This document shows, in pieces, positions 23,150-32,670 of a DNA stretch of 64,000 nt. The notes below the pieces were generated by a model that had not been told where the DNA came from, did no database searches, and saw only the letters and a list, made by a program, of their open reading frames with translations. Made by a program: the position numbers and the translations under genes. Positions within the stretch are counted from its first letter, which is position 1, and each line of letters begins with the position of its first letter. Source of the stretch: Vulcanimicrobiota bacterium (GTDB lineage: Bacteria; Vulcanimicrobiota; Vulcanimicrobiia; Vulcanimicrobiales; Vulcanimicrobiaceae); contig CAVRQT010000002.1 in the NCBI GenBank assembly GCA_963723515.1, positions 480,001-544,000 on the forward strand. Reading direction: 5' to 3'.

Positions 23150-23182
23150 AAGGATCGCGCGAAGTGCGATCTTTAACTTTTT
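23150..23182 (+). terminator. Putative intrinsic terminator
   Basis: AAGGATCGCGC-GAA-GTGCGATCTTT stem followed by AACTTTTT. Confidence 0.5.
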
Positions 23183-23207
23183 AAAGGGCTGGCCGCGCGG
23201 CGGCAGT

Positions 23208-24224
23208 ATGTCCTCATGCAACGACATGCGACCAATCGTTACGGTGACGGCCGCAGTGTGCTTTGTATTTGCGCCGGCGATGGCGAGCGCGACGATCGTG
23301 CCAGGGCCGCTCGCTGATCTGCGCGCGCAACTCGCAACAATCTCTTCCCGTGCGCCCGGTCACGTCGCGATGGAGATCGAGGATCTGCAAACGGGACTCG
23401 GTTCCGCAATCAATCCGACGGCAAGCATGCCGGCGGCTTCAACGATCAAGATTCCGGTGATGGTGGAAGTCTTTCGTCAATTGGCCGCCGGCAATTTTGA
23501 TTTGAATACGCGCGTCACGCTCCACTATGCGGACAAAGACTGGGGATCCGGATCGCTGTGCGACGCTCGTCCGGGAACGCAGTATGCGGTACTTGCCCTG
23601 TTGCGCGCGATGATCGACGTCAGCGACAACACCGCCAGCAACATGCTGCTGCGCCTCGTCGGCCGCCCGAATGTCAACCACACGATGTCCGGCCTCGGCC
23701 TGCTGCAAACGTATTTGCGCGACTACATCCGAACGAATGGGAGCGGCATTCGATATGCCTTGCGCAGCTCGCCGCGCGACATGGTGCGGCTGCTCACCGA
23801 CATGGCGAAGTACGAATTGATCGACGAATGGTCGTCGCGCGAAATGATCGCGATTCTCGAGGGGCAGCGCCACAACACGCTGATTCCGGAGCCGTTGCCG
23901 AGCGGACTGCAGATCGCGCATAAGACCGGAACCCTCGACGATACGCTCAACGACGTCGGAATCGTCTATGGCGACCCGGGAATTTACGTGATCGCAGTCA
24001 TGACGACCGATCTGCCCTCGCTGACCGCCGGACGCCGATTCATCCGCAGCGTTTCGAGCCTGGCGTATCGGGACTTGGAACGCCTGGCCCTGTGGCGGCA
24101 AAACAATACCGACAGCTTGGACGACACGGGCTCCTCAACGAACACGGACGCGAACATGACGCCGAATGATTCAACCTTGCCGTCGTCCGACGAGCCGCAA
24201 CCCGTCCCAACGCCCTTCAAATAG
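23208..24224 (+). CDS. Class A beta-lactamase-related serine hydrolase, secreted
   Basis: Signal peptide, SxxK (ASTIK), SDN, HKTG; acidic low-complexity tail. Confidence 0.88.
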   Translation: MSSCNDMRPIVTVTAAVCFVFAPAMASATIVPGPLADLRAQLATISSRAPGHVAMEIEDLQTGLGSAINPTASMPAASTIKIPVMVEVFRQLAAGNFDLNTRVTLHYADKDWGSGSLCDARPGTQYAVLALLRAMIDVSDNTASNMLLRLVGRPNVNHTMSGLGLLQTYLRDYIRTNGSGIRYALRSSPRDMVRLLTDMAKYELIDEWSSREMIAILEGQRHNTLIPEPLPSGLQIAHKTGTLDDTLNDVGIVYGDPGIYVIAVMTTDLPSLTAGRRFIRSVSSLAYRDLERLALWRQNNTDSLDDTGSSTNTDANMTPNDSTLPSSDEPQPVPTPFK

Positions 24225-24322
24225 CGCTGCACTGACACGCAGCGCTTGGCGCTCCATCTCGCTTCCGACACGATGCGTCGGAAGCGGATTCCGCCGCCCC
24301 CGCCCAAACTAACGCGGGCGGG
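24223..24322. repeat. Three consecutive GC-rich hairpins between convergent genes
   Basis: AGCGCTGC/GCAGCGCT at 24223-24246; CGCTTCCGAC/GTCGGAAGCG at 24260-24286; CCCGCCC/GGGCGGG at 24299-24322. Confidence 0.6.
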
Positions 24323-24330
24323 CCCCCAAG

Positions 24331-25281
24331 CTAGGCGACCACCGGCGCACGCCGAGCGCCGTACACCATCGTGAGCCACTGGCGGTAGCGCGGTTCGGCA
24401 CCGCGCACGATACGCCCGTAATATTCCTCAATCTTCCGCGTGATCGGACCGATGCTGCCGTCGCCGACGATGCGATGGTCGACGGAAGCGACATGCACGA
24501 TACCGACCGCAGTTCCCGTGAAGAAAATCTCTTGCGCCGCATAGAGCTCACCGCGATCGATCGCGCGCTCGACGATCGGGATATCGAACTGCTCCCGTGC
24601 AATGTGCAGCACCGACCGTCGCGTGCAGCCTTCGAGGATGTTCTGCGAGGGATCCGGCGTGTAGAGCACGCCGTGCCGGACGAGGAAGATGTTTTCCGCC
24701 GAGCCTTCGGAGACATGACCGTCGGCCGAGAGCATGATCGCTTCATCGAAGCCGTTCTGATGCGCTTCGCTCTTTGCGAGCGCGGAGTTGACGTAGAGTC
24801 CCGTAATCTTTGCGCGCGGCGGCGCGCAGGCGTCATCGACGCGCCGCCAGGAACTCACGCAGGTTCGTAATCCCGATGAGCCGTCAAGATAGCGCGTGAA
24901 CGGCACGGGAACGATCGCCAGCTGCTCGGGGACGTCGTGCAGACGCACGCCGATATCTTCCTCCGACTTGTACATGAACGGCCGGAGGTAGACGTCCATC
25001 TCGAAGTTGTTGCGCCGGCAAAGTTCGACCGCGATCTCGCACAACTCGGGAACGGAATGCGGCAAGCGCATCGTCAGAATTTTCGCCGACGTTTCGAGCC
25101 GTTCGAAGTGCTCTTTGAGTTGAACGAGGTAGATTTCTCGCTCTTGGCCGTCCCAGTAGCCGCGAATCCCTTCGAAGCATCCGGTCCCATACTGCAAGCC
25201 ATGCGTCAACAGACCGACGTGCGCCTCAGCATACGTGCAGAATCTGCCTTGCGCGTAGACGATCGTCTCCGAGAGCTTCAC
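24331..25281 (-). CDS. ilvE: Branched-chain amino acid aminotransferase
   Basis: HGLQYGTGCFEGIR, AKITGLYVNS, SEGSAENIF, ILEGCTR, FTGTA. Confidence 0.95.
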   Translation of the reverse strand: MKLSETIVYAQGRFCTYAEAHVGLLTHGLQYGTGCFEGIRGYWDGQEREIYLVQLKEHFERLETSAKILTMRLPHSVPELCEIAVELCRRNNFEMDVYLRPFMYKSEEDIGVRLHDVPEQLAIVPVPFTRYLDGSSGLRTCVSSWRRVDDACAPPRAKITGLYVNSALAKSEAHQNGFDEAIMLSADGHVSEGSAENIFLVRHGVLYTPDPSQNILEGCTRRSVLHIAREQFDIPIVERAIDRGELYAAQEIFFTGTAVGIVHVASVDHRIVGDGSIGPITRKIEEYYGRIVRGAEPRYRQWLTMVYGARRAPVVA

Positions 25282-25351
25282 CCACGAGCGCTTTTATGAA
25301 GCGCTGGAAACCGCCTGCGCCTTCTTCATGAAGCGACTTCGCCACTGAGGC

Positions 25352-25375
25352 TGTCACCCTGAGCCTGTCGAAGGG
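25352..25375 (-). repeat. REP-like element, CTTCGAC...GCTCAG...TGACA family
   Basis: Reverse complement CCCTTCGACAGGCTCAGGGTGACA matches copies at 38773, 60845 and 60927. Confidence 0.75.
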
Positions 25376-25382
25376 CCGCGTC

Positions 25383-26105
25383 GTGCATCCACTTTTCTTA
25401 GCCGGTACGGCCTTCGTCGCGTCTACTGTCGAGGCAGTCGAGGCGGTAACGATCGTCTTGGCTGTCGGTTATACGCAGGGCTGGAGCGCGGCGCTGCGAG
25501 GTGCCGCGTGGGCGTGCGTTGCTCTCGCTGCGATCATCGCCATCGCCGGTCCCGCGCTCGTGCATTTCGTGCCGCTTGCCGCGTTGCAGCTGGTCATTGG
25601 GCTATTTCTGGTGCTTTTCGGGTTCACATGGCTGCGCAAAGCGATTTGGCGGGCCTGCGGGCGCAAAGCGCTGCACGACGAGAGCGCAATTTACGAACGC
25701 AAAGTCAAAGCGCTCACCGATGTGAGCCAACGCCGCCTCGGGTTCGCAACCTCGTTCAACGGCGTCTTCATCGAAGGCTTGGAGATCGCAATTATCGTGA
25801 TCACGCTCGGTGCGGCCGCAGGCGGCGGCTTCACGTGGGCGTCGATCGGTGCAGCGGCGGCGGCGCTTGTCGTGATTGCGGTCGCTTTTGTTTTGCGTCG
25901 CCCGTTTTCGCGCGTTCCGGAAAATACAATGAAGTTCGTCGTCGGCATCATGCTCGTTTCGTTCGGCACATATTGGACGGGAGAGGGCCTGCGCATCGTG
26001 TGGCCCTTCGGCGACGTGACGCTGCTCTTGATCATCGCGATCTACATCTTGGCGAGCCTTACGCTCGTCGCGTTGCTGCGACTCGCACGCCCGGCTACCG
26101 TATGA
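25383..26105 (+). CDS. Uncharacterised membrane protein (COG4280-like)
   Basis: Two intramembrane ExxE motifs (VEAVEA, IEGLEI), WLRKAI, SRVPENTMKF, multiple TM helices. Confidence 0.78.
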   Translation: MHPLFLAGTAFVASTVEAVEAVTIVLAVGYTQGWSAALRGAAWACVALAAIIAIAGPALVHFVPLAALQLVIGLFLVLFGFTWLRKAIWRACGRKALHDESAIYERKVKALTDVSQRRLGFATSFNGVFIEGLEIAIIVITLGAAAGGGFTWASIGAAAAALVVIAVAFVLRRPFSRVPENTMKFVVGIMLVSFGTYWTGEGLRIVWPFGDVTLLLIIAIYILASLTLVALLRLARPATV

Positions 26106-26278
26106 AAGCCGCATACGAATTCATTGCCGGCAACTCGTTTGTCACGCCGGTGGGATTGGCGCTCGCCGTTTTGGCAGCTTACCTCTTAGAGCATGCGCGG
26201 CTCCCATATGCGGGCCTGGCGCTGGTGGTTATCTTACTCGCAACGCTGACCGTCAGCGTCTTCGAAAGAGTGAATTAA
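26102..26278 (+). CDS. Small membrane protein (58 aa, 2 TM)
   Basis: ATGA overlap with the upstream gene; MKAAYEFIAGNSFVTPVGLAL... Confidence 0.65.
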   Translation: MKAAYEFIAGNSFVTPVGLALAVLAAYLLEHARLPYAGLALVVILLATLTVSVFERVN

Positions 26279-27993
26279 TCTTGCGCCGGGTCTTCGGTGA
26301 CGCTGCGCATTTTGCTCGCCGTGCTTTGAAATGGACGCGGATTGAACCACGCCGGCGGCGCATCGCTAATGCCCGGCGGCGGCGTTGCGGGAACGACGCC
26401 GATATCGCCGCAGGTCAAACGCGGTGGAATCGTCAGAATCGCCTGCTGATCGAAGGTCGCATCGCCTGCGGGAATCGGCGCCTTCGTTCCGGCCAGGCGA
26501 TCGTCGTCGAACGCGCCTGAGAGATTTGAAAGCATCGCATTTCCGTCGCGTGGTCCCAGCGGCAGATAGGGCTTCTCATCGGGCAACGAGGCAAGCGCGG
26601 GTAACTTGAAGATCGTCTCCGCGAATTTCAACACCGAATCCTGATCGCTGTACGCACCGACGATGGCGCCGGATTTTGCAAACGGCGAGATCACGATCGC
26701 CGGAACACGCTCACCGTCGCCGCAAGGAAGGCCATCGGGACAACGTTCGAAGTCCTTGGGTGGAACGTGATCCCAATAGCCGCCTGAGTCGTCCCATGTG
26801 ATCACGATCGCGGAATCATTCCAGTAGCGCGACGTCGCGATCGCGCTCACAAGCGACGCGACAAACGCTTCGGAAATCTGTTGGTCCGTGTATCCCGGAT
26901 GGTCGTCGTCACCGTCGAACGTCCGCTGCACCGCCGGATCTTTGTTTGCAGGATGCAAGCCGAGCGCGTTATGCGAGCCGCCTTTGAGATAGAACAGCCC
27001 GCGCGCGGGTAACGCGCCATTCGCTAAGTCTGAATAGAACGCGGAAAGGTCGCGCATCTGGTCTCGCATGATGCCGTTCTTTACGACATATCCGAAGTAT
27101 TGCGGCGCGACATGGTGCGCGATCAAACCGGTATGAGGCGCGGCATAGCCTTCTTCGTACCAGCGCCACGGAATAGCAGTCGGCCCAAATCTCGCGATAG
27201 CAGCTTTGTCGCGGCCAATGTCCATCGTATCGTTGACGACGGCGTTGGTGGTTCGCCGCTGCAGCATCAACAGGATCGTTGCATACGTCTGGTCGATCTG
27301 CATTTGCTTGGGCTGACCTTCATACGGCCCGAACTGCGGATCGAGATCGACGAAGATCGGATCCCCAGGCAGATTGACTTGCGCCGGAAGCAAATTCGGA
27401 TGACGCGCATACTGCGTCAAGCCGTTCTGCGCCGCAATGATTTCGACGTTGCTCGGCGTCGATGGGCTGCGCAGCGCTTGAAAGAAATTGTCGAAAAGGA
27501 CAAATCGTTTCGCGTACGCCCATGTGAATGGAATCGTGTCGCAGTCGAGGTGGTACATCGCTTCAGCGCCCACGGAAGCCCGCTGCGCATCCGTGCCCTG
27601 CTTCAGTGCGCCGGCTTGCGCGGCAACGAAGTTGTCCATCTTTCCGCCGTTGATTCCGGCGTTTAAGACGGCGCGCGCGTTGTTTTCATAGTAGACGTTG
27701 GGATCGGTCAGCTTGAATGGCGTGATGACGGGGCCGTTCGGCGTGGCCTGCTGATAGAAGCCATGCGTGCGTGCAGCATCCGACCAGACGCCGTTCGCGC
27801 CGGGAAATGTCCCGAACTCGTTATCGAAAGAACGGTTCTCTTCGTAGATGATGAAGACGTGGTTGATGCGATGGGCGAGCAATTGATCTCGAGCAGCTTC
27901 CGTCAACGGCGGGGAGACCGCGCGCGCCTCACGGGCGAAAAGGATGCCGGCGCTAACCGCAAGCGCCGCGAGCAGAAATGCGATGCGCTTCAC
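26275..27993 (-). CDS. Phosphoesterase family protein (AcpA / phospholipase C type), secreted
   Basis: Signal peptide, IYEENRSFDNEFG, LFDNFF, DDHPG, WDDSGGYWDHV, RVPAIVISP. Confidence 0.9.
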   Translation of the reverse strand: MKRIAFLLAALAVSAGILFAREARAVSPPLTEAARDQLLAHRINHVFIIYEENRSFDNEFGTFPGANGVWSDAARTHGFYQQATPNGPVITPFKLTDPNVYYENNARAVLNAGINGGKMDNFVAAQAGALKQGTDAQRASVGAEAMYHLDCDTIPFTWAYAKRFVLFDNFFQALRSPSTPSNVEIIAAQNGLTQYARHPNLLPAQVNLPGDPIFVDLDPQFGPYEGQPKQMQIDQTYATILLMLQRRTTNAVVNDTMDIGRDKAAIARFGPTAIPWRWYEEGYAAPHTGLIAHHVAPQYFGYVVKNGIMRDQMRDLSAFYSDLANGALPARGLFYLKGGSHNALGLHPANKDPAVQRTFDGDDDHPGYTDQQISEAFVASLVSAIATSRYWNDSAIVITWDDSGGYWDHVPPKDFERCPDGLPCGDGERVPAIVISPFAKSGAIVGAYSDQDSVLKFAETIFKLPALASLPDEKPYLPLGPRDGNAMLSNLSGAFDDDRLAGTKAPIPAGDATFDQQAILTIPPRLTCGDIGVVPATPPPGISDAPPAWFNPRPFQSTASKMRSVTEDPAQD

Positions 27994-28066
27994 GACGCGC
28001 AGTTACAAGGTGAAGGTCGTCGCTCCCTGGCCCGCTTCACGCACATCGCGCCGCGGGTTTCTGCGG

Positions 28067-28909
28067 ATGCCTGAATCGTCGATTCGCGGGGGTGCGGACG
28101 CCGTGCAGATTACCAGCTTCAGCGACGGCCGCGCGGAGCCGCGTTTCGACGAAGTCGCCAAAGAGGAGCCGCTCCAGATTCGTGTGGCAGCGGCCGGGAC
28201 GACCCATGACGTTGCGGTGACGATGCGCACGCCGGGAAACGATTTTGAATTGGCGGCCGGCTTCTTATTTAGCGAAGGACTGATCCGCTCGCGCGGTGAT
28301 ATCGTTTCGCTCTCCTACTGCCTTGACGACACGATTGATATTGAGCAGCGCTACAACATCGTTACCGTTGAACTGCACCGCGACGCCGCTTTCGACCTCA
28401 AGCGTCTGGAGCGGCACTTTGCGATCGGAAGCTCGTGCGGCATTTGCGGGAAGGCGCAACTCGAGAGTCTGCAGATGCGTGTGGAGCGTATCGACAGTGC
28501 TGCGACCGTTGCCGCCGATACGCTGATCGCCTTACCCGAACGACTGCAAGAAGAGCAGCGCGTTTTCGCATTCACCGGCGGGCTGCACGCAAGTGCGCTG
28601 TTCGATATGTCCGGCAAAATACAAGCGGTTCGGGAAGACGTCGGACGCCACAACGCGATAGACAAGCTCGCCGGTTGGGGGCTTTTAAACGATCGGCTAC
28701 CGTACAACGATCGCATCTTACTTGTCAGTGGTCGCTTGAGCTTCGAGATCGTGCAGAAAGCGGCGGTGGCTTCGATTCCGATCGTCTGTGCCGTTTCGGC
28801 GCCGAGCAGCCTCGCAATTGAGGCCGCTCAGGCGTTCAACGTGACGCTGGTCGGATTCTTACGTGGCCGGCGATTTAACGTTTACTGCGGCGCGGAGCGC
28901 ATCGTTTAA
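28067..28909 (+). CDS. fdhD: Formate dehydrogenase accessory sulfurtransferase FdhD
   Basis: EEPLQI, MRTPG, SSCGICG, TGGLH, REDVGRHNAIDK, SGRLSFE, SAPSSLA. Confidence 0.96.
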   Translation: MPESSIRGGADAVQITSFSDGRAEPRFDEVAKEEPLQIRVAAAGTTHDVAVTMRTPGNDFELAAGFLFSEGLIRSRGDIVSLSYCLDDTIDIEQRYNIVTVELHRDAAFDLKRLERHFAIGSSCGICGKAQLESLQMRVERIDSAATVAADTLIALPERLQEEQRVFAFTGGLHASALFDMSGKIQAVREDVGRHNAIDKLAGWGLLNDRLPYNDRILLVSGRLSFEIVQKAAVASIPIVCAVSAPSSLAIEAAQAFNVTLVGFLRGRRFNVYCGAERIV

Positions 28910-29692
28910 GAAGGGATCGAGCAGCGCATTAAAGCGCTCCGGAGCATCGGCGTTGCAGACGTGATTGGCGCCTGGAACGACGGCCAATTTTGCGCCGGGT
29001 ATGCCGTCGGCAATCTCCTTCGATAAGGCGAGCGGCGCGATCGGATCGAGCTCGCCGCAGATGACGAGCGTCGGGACCGTGATCGTCGGCAAATCCTTTC
29101 GGTAATCGCCGCCCCACGTCGCTCTTGTTGACGCGACGTAGCTGGGAATCGATTTGCAAGCGTACTGCTCGATCGTTTCGGTGTAGCGCTTCTCGGGCGC
29201 GTTCGGCGCCAACACGCGAGCCGCGCGCGCCTTCGCAAAGTCGCGTAAGTTGCCGGCAGCCGTTGCCGCGTCGATTATTGACTGCGCCGTCTGTTCCGCG
29301 TTCGGGTAGACGGCGAAACTGTCAACGAACGTCAACGAGGCGACCCGTTCTTTGGCTCGCCGCCAGAGCTCAAAGCCGACAACGCCGCCCAGACTGCATC
29401 CGACGAAATGGAAACATTCAAGGTCCGCATCATCGGCGACAGTGAGAACGTCTTGCACGAACCCGGCACGGGTGATCGATGCGGGATCCGGATCCTTCGC
29501 CGCTGCGCCGTTGCCGCGCAACTCGATGGCGAAACAGCGATACCGCGGTGAAAAGGCCGTTAATTGATCGTCCCAAATCGCGGCGGTCGAGCCCACACCG
29601 TGAACGAAAATCAGCCCCGGCCCCCGATCGCCGCTGCTGCGCGCGCCGACCGTAACACCGTCGCTCGCGGTTAACCAGCGTGTTTCGATCAC
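28859..29692 (-). CDS. Alpha/beta fold hydrolase (enol-lactonase-like)
   Basis: FVHGVG, GCSLGG, GELDPIAP, ANH; GTG start overlaps the polX stop. Confidence 0.88.
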   Translation of the reverse strand: MIETRWLTASDGVTVGARSSGDRGPGLIFVHGVGSTAAIWDDQLTAFSPRYRCFAIELRGNGAAAKDPDPASITRAGFVQDVLTVADDADLECFHFVGCSLGGVVGFELWRRAKERVASLTFVDSFAVYPNAEQTAQSIIDAATAAGNLRDFAKARAARVLAPNAPEKRYTETIEQYACKSIPSYVASTRATWGGDYRKDLPTITVPTLVICGELDPIAPLALSKEIADGIPGAKLAVVPGANHVCNADAPERFNALLDPFLNDALRAAVNVKSPAT

Positions 29693-31425
29693 TGCCGTGC
29701 GCGCTTCCGCCGCACGAAGGCGCGGACATCTTCGAGCGGCCACGCATTGACAACGTCGTTCCGCGTGAGCCATGCACGGCGCGCCTGACCGACCGCAAGC
29801 GCGATATTGTTCAATCCGGCCACATCGTGCGCATCGCTGTCGACGGTGAAGACGACACCGAATTCTTTGGCGCGGCGCGCGAGCGCTGACGGTAGATCGA
29901 GACGCTTTCCCTGTCCGTCGATCTCGAGCGCGGTTCCCGTTCTTGCAGCGGCCGTAAAGACGGCATCGCAATCAAATTCATAACCGGGGCTATGCCCGAT
30001 CATCCGTCCAGTCGGATGGCCGATGATGTTCAAATAGCGATTCTCGCAGGCCCGAATCAAACGGCGCGTCATCTCATCTTTGCTTTGCTGCATGGCCGAA
30101 TGCACGCTGCCGACGACGATGTCCAGTTGCGCGAGCGTATCGTCATCGAAATCGAGCGATCCGTCGGCCCGAATGTCCACTTCGCTGCTGCACAAGGTCG
30201 TAATGCCGTGTTTTCGATCGAGCTGTGCGATCAGCGGCCGCTGCGAGAGCAGTTCTTCGGGGGATAAGCCGATTCGACCGCGTCCCTGCGAGTGGTCCGA
30301 CATCGAGTGATACTCGTAGCCGAGCTGCGCAGCCGCGGCGACCATCTCTTCGAGCGAATCGCGACCGTCGCTCCAGGTCGAATGCATGTGGAAGTCGCCC
30401 CGTATCTCTGAAAGCTCGACGAGTTTGGGCAGCGCGCGGTCGCGCGCAGCATCGATTTCGCCGGAACCGGAGCGCAGCTCCGGCGCGATGTGCTCCATAT
30501 CGAGCGCTTCGTAAACCTCTTTCTCTGTTCGGCAGATGATCGTACGCCCGGACTCGAGCTCTAAGATGCCGTTCTCGCTCACGCGCAGGCCCTTGCGTAC
30601 AGCATACTCGCGCAATTGAATGTTGTGCTCGCGGCTGCCCGTGAAATGCTGCAGCAGATTTCCGTACAGCTCGTCCGGCAAAACGCGCAGATCGATCTGC
30701 AAACCGCCGTCGAGCCAAATCGTTCCTTTCGTCGGACCGTCCGCAAGCACGGCGCGCGCGCGATCCCACCCGACGAAGGTTTTAATGACGGCCGGTGCAT
30801 CGAGCGACGTGCAGACGATGTCGATATCGCCGACCGTCGCTTCAGCACGCCGCAAGCTCCCCGCAAAGGAAATTCGATCGAGCGGAACGCGGCTGCGCAA
30901 ATAATCGACCGTCTCGCCCGCAACGATCAGCGCCGTCGCTAATGGAGTGCGATGGGTGCGTCCTTTGTACGCCAGAATGCCGCGCCGAATGTTGTCGAGC
31001 GTCTTGGGTCCCATGCGCGGCGCACCGGCGAGCGTTCCGGATTCAATCGCCGCCTCCAAGTCGCCGACCGAACCGATGCCGTATTGCTGGAAGAGAATCG
31101 CCGCGGTCTTCGTCCCGATCCCAGAGACGCTGAGCAGTTCGAAAATCGTCGGTGGAAAGAGGCCGTATAACTCGGCCAAAAGCGAACATGAGCCGCTTTC
31201 GCACAGCTCTGAAATCGTCGTGGCAATCGACTTGCCGACGCCGGGCAGTTTGAGCAGTTCTTCGCCCGAGAGTTGCGAAATCGGCGCCGCGTTCTCAACG
31301 GCCGTTGCGGCTCGCTCGTACGCCATGAACTTGTAGAACGGCTCGCCTGCCAACTCCATGAGGGTGCGAATCTCGTTGAGCTTGCGCGCAATTTCGGCGT
31401 TACCGAGCACAACCGCGTTCCGCAT
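29689..31425 (-). CDS. polX: DNA polymerase X with PHP domain
   Basis: HhH motif LPGVGKS, AGSLRR, GDID, QIDLR, FTGS; PHP motifs HMHS..SDG, DHS, SVHS, GHPTGR, DSDAH. Confidence 0.95.
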   Translation of the reverse strand: MRNAVVLGNAEIARKLNEIRTLMELAGEPFYKFMAYERAATAVENAAPISQLSGEELLKLPGVGKSIATTISELCESGSCSLLAELYGLFPPTIFELLSVSGIGTKTAAILFQQYGIGSVGDLEAAIESGTLAGAPRMGPKTLDNIRRGILAYKGRTHRTPLATALIVAGETVDYLRSRVPLDRISFAGSLRRAEATVGDIDIVCTSLDAPAVIKTFVGWDRARAVLADGPTKGTIWLDGGLQIDLRVLPDELYGNLLQHFTGSREHNIQLREYAVRKGLRVSENGILELESGRTIICRTEKEVYEALDMEHIAPELRSGSGEIDAARDRALPKLVELSEIRGDFHMHSTWSDGRDSLEEMVAAAAQLGYEYHSMSDHSQGRGRIGLSPEELLSQRPLIAQLDRKHGITTLCSSEVDIRADGSLDFDDDTLAQLDIVVGSVHSAMQQSKDEMTRRLIRACENRYLNIIGHPTGRMIGHSPGYEFDCDAVFTAAARTGTALEIDGQGKRLDLPSALARRAKEFGVVFTVDSDAHDVAGLNNIALAVGQARRAWLTRNDVVNAWPLEDVRAFVRRKRARQ

Positions 31426-31466
31426 CACCAGGATTGTGTTCGACGGATGAAAAGCTTGTCCACCAC

Positions 31467-32036
31467 ATGCCGATCTTGGACATGCGCGCCGCAACATTTT
31501 CCGATCGCAAGACGATTGTAACGCCGATCACCGTTGCGCTCGATCAGGGTGAGAGCGCCGACATCGTTTTTGAAAGCGGTCTCGCCGCCGGTATTGCGGC
31601 GCGCTTAGCGGCCGGCATCATCAAATGCAGCGGTGGAACCGTATTCATCGGCGGCTTCGATCCGAAGATCCAACCGGTGCAAGCGAAACGCATCGTCGGC
31701 TTCGTCCCCCACGAGCATGCCGGCAGCATGCCCAACGCGCGCGCCTACTTCGCATACCGCGCCGCACTTTGGGAAATTGACCCTGGGCAGGCGATCTTAG
31801 AGGGTGAAGCGCTTCTACAGCGTTTCGATGGACTTGCGCTCGATCAATCGATCGCGTTGGCAGGCGCGCTCTTGCATCGGCCGCGCTTGCTCTTGCTGGA
31901 CCGGCCCACGCAGTTGATGCGCGAAGCGGCGGAAGACGCGGCGCGAGACGCCGCGCTCTTTGCGGCGCACGGACCGGGTGAAGGCGCTCCGAGCGCTTCC
32001 GAAGCGCGCCTCGAAATGGCCGGCGCGATTCAATGA
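31467..32036 (+). CDS. Degenerate ABC ATPase-like protein
   Basis: NBD-like scaffold (SGGTVFIGG, IVGFVPH, ALAGALLHRPRLLLLD) but no Walker A, no LSGGQ, and Walker B Glu replaced by Arg. Confidence 0.7.
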   Translation: MPILDMRAATFSDRKTIVTPITVALDQGESADIVFESGLAAGIAARLAAGIIKCSGGTVFIGGFDPKIQPVQAKRIVGFVPHEHAGSMPNARAYFAYRAALWEIDPGQAILEGEALLQRFDGLALDQSIALAGALLHRPRLLLLDRPTQLMREAAEDAARDAALFAAHGPGEGAPSASEARLEMAGAIQ

Positions 32037-32662
32037 GAAGCGCCGCGACGTTTGCCATCGTCGCTTCACGCGGGCGTCTCTTGTGGCCGGCTGCGGCGCT
32101 GCTGATTGCAATCAGCGCTTTGGCCGGCGCGGCGATCCAAGCCGTGAGCCCAATCACGACGCGCATCGCCGCGAACGCCCTAGTGACCGCGCTCGTCGCG
32201 ATCGCGGTCGCTTATGCCAATGGCACGGCCACGCGAACCGACCCATTCGCCACCGTCGAAGAAGCTGCGCCGCTTTTTGGGCGGCAACGTGCGCGCGCTA
32301 ATGCAATCGTTCCGGGAGCGGTTGTGGTGCTGTGCGCGGTCGCGCAATATCTGGGCGCGATGTGGCGGCTGAGCGCCGGCTTTACGCTGACCCCGTTCAT
32401 CGTCGATACCGCCGCTGCTCTGGCGGCACTGTCGATCGGGCTTTCGGTTCCGGTGCGCTCAAAGTGGAACAGGGTGCTTTATGCCCTTTTTGCCCTGGGA
32501 GCAGCATTGCTTTGCGCCGCATTCGGCAGCGCGGTCGGCAACTCAACGCAAAGCAATTTGGGTGCAATCGCCGCGTCGAGCGGCGTCGCAGCGATGATCG
32601 GCTTCTTAGCGCTTCGGCAGTACGGTGAAACGCTGGCGCGTTACGATCCGCTGCCCCGTTAG
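32033..32662 (+). CDS. Membrane protein of about 6 TM helices (ABC-2 permease-like)
   Basis: Hydrophobic helices; ATGA overlap with the upstream gene. Confidence 0.7.
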   Translation: MRSAATFAIVASRGRLLWPAAALLIAISALAGAAIQAVSPITTRIAANALVTALVAIAVAYANGTATRTDPFATVEEAAPLFGRQRARANAIVPGAVVVLCAVAQYLGAMWRLSAGFTLTPFIVDTAAALAALSIGLSVPVRSKWNRVLYALFALGAALLCAAFGSAVGNSTQSNLGAIAASSGVAAMIGFLALRQYGETLARYDPLPR

Positions 32663-32670
32663 CAACTTCT

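Noticed and set aside
23208..24224. True antibiotic-resistance beta-lactamase
   Set aside because: SxxK, SDN and KTG are present but no clear omega-loop ExxLN, so I call it only a related hydrolase.
29689..31425. Inactive PolX variant or a polX-ku NHEJ operon
   Set aside because: Catalytic Asp residues and PHP ligands are intact, and ku is more than 30 kb away.
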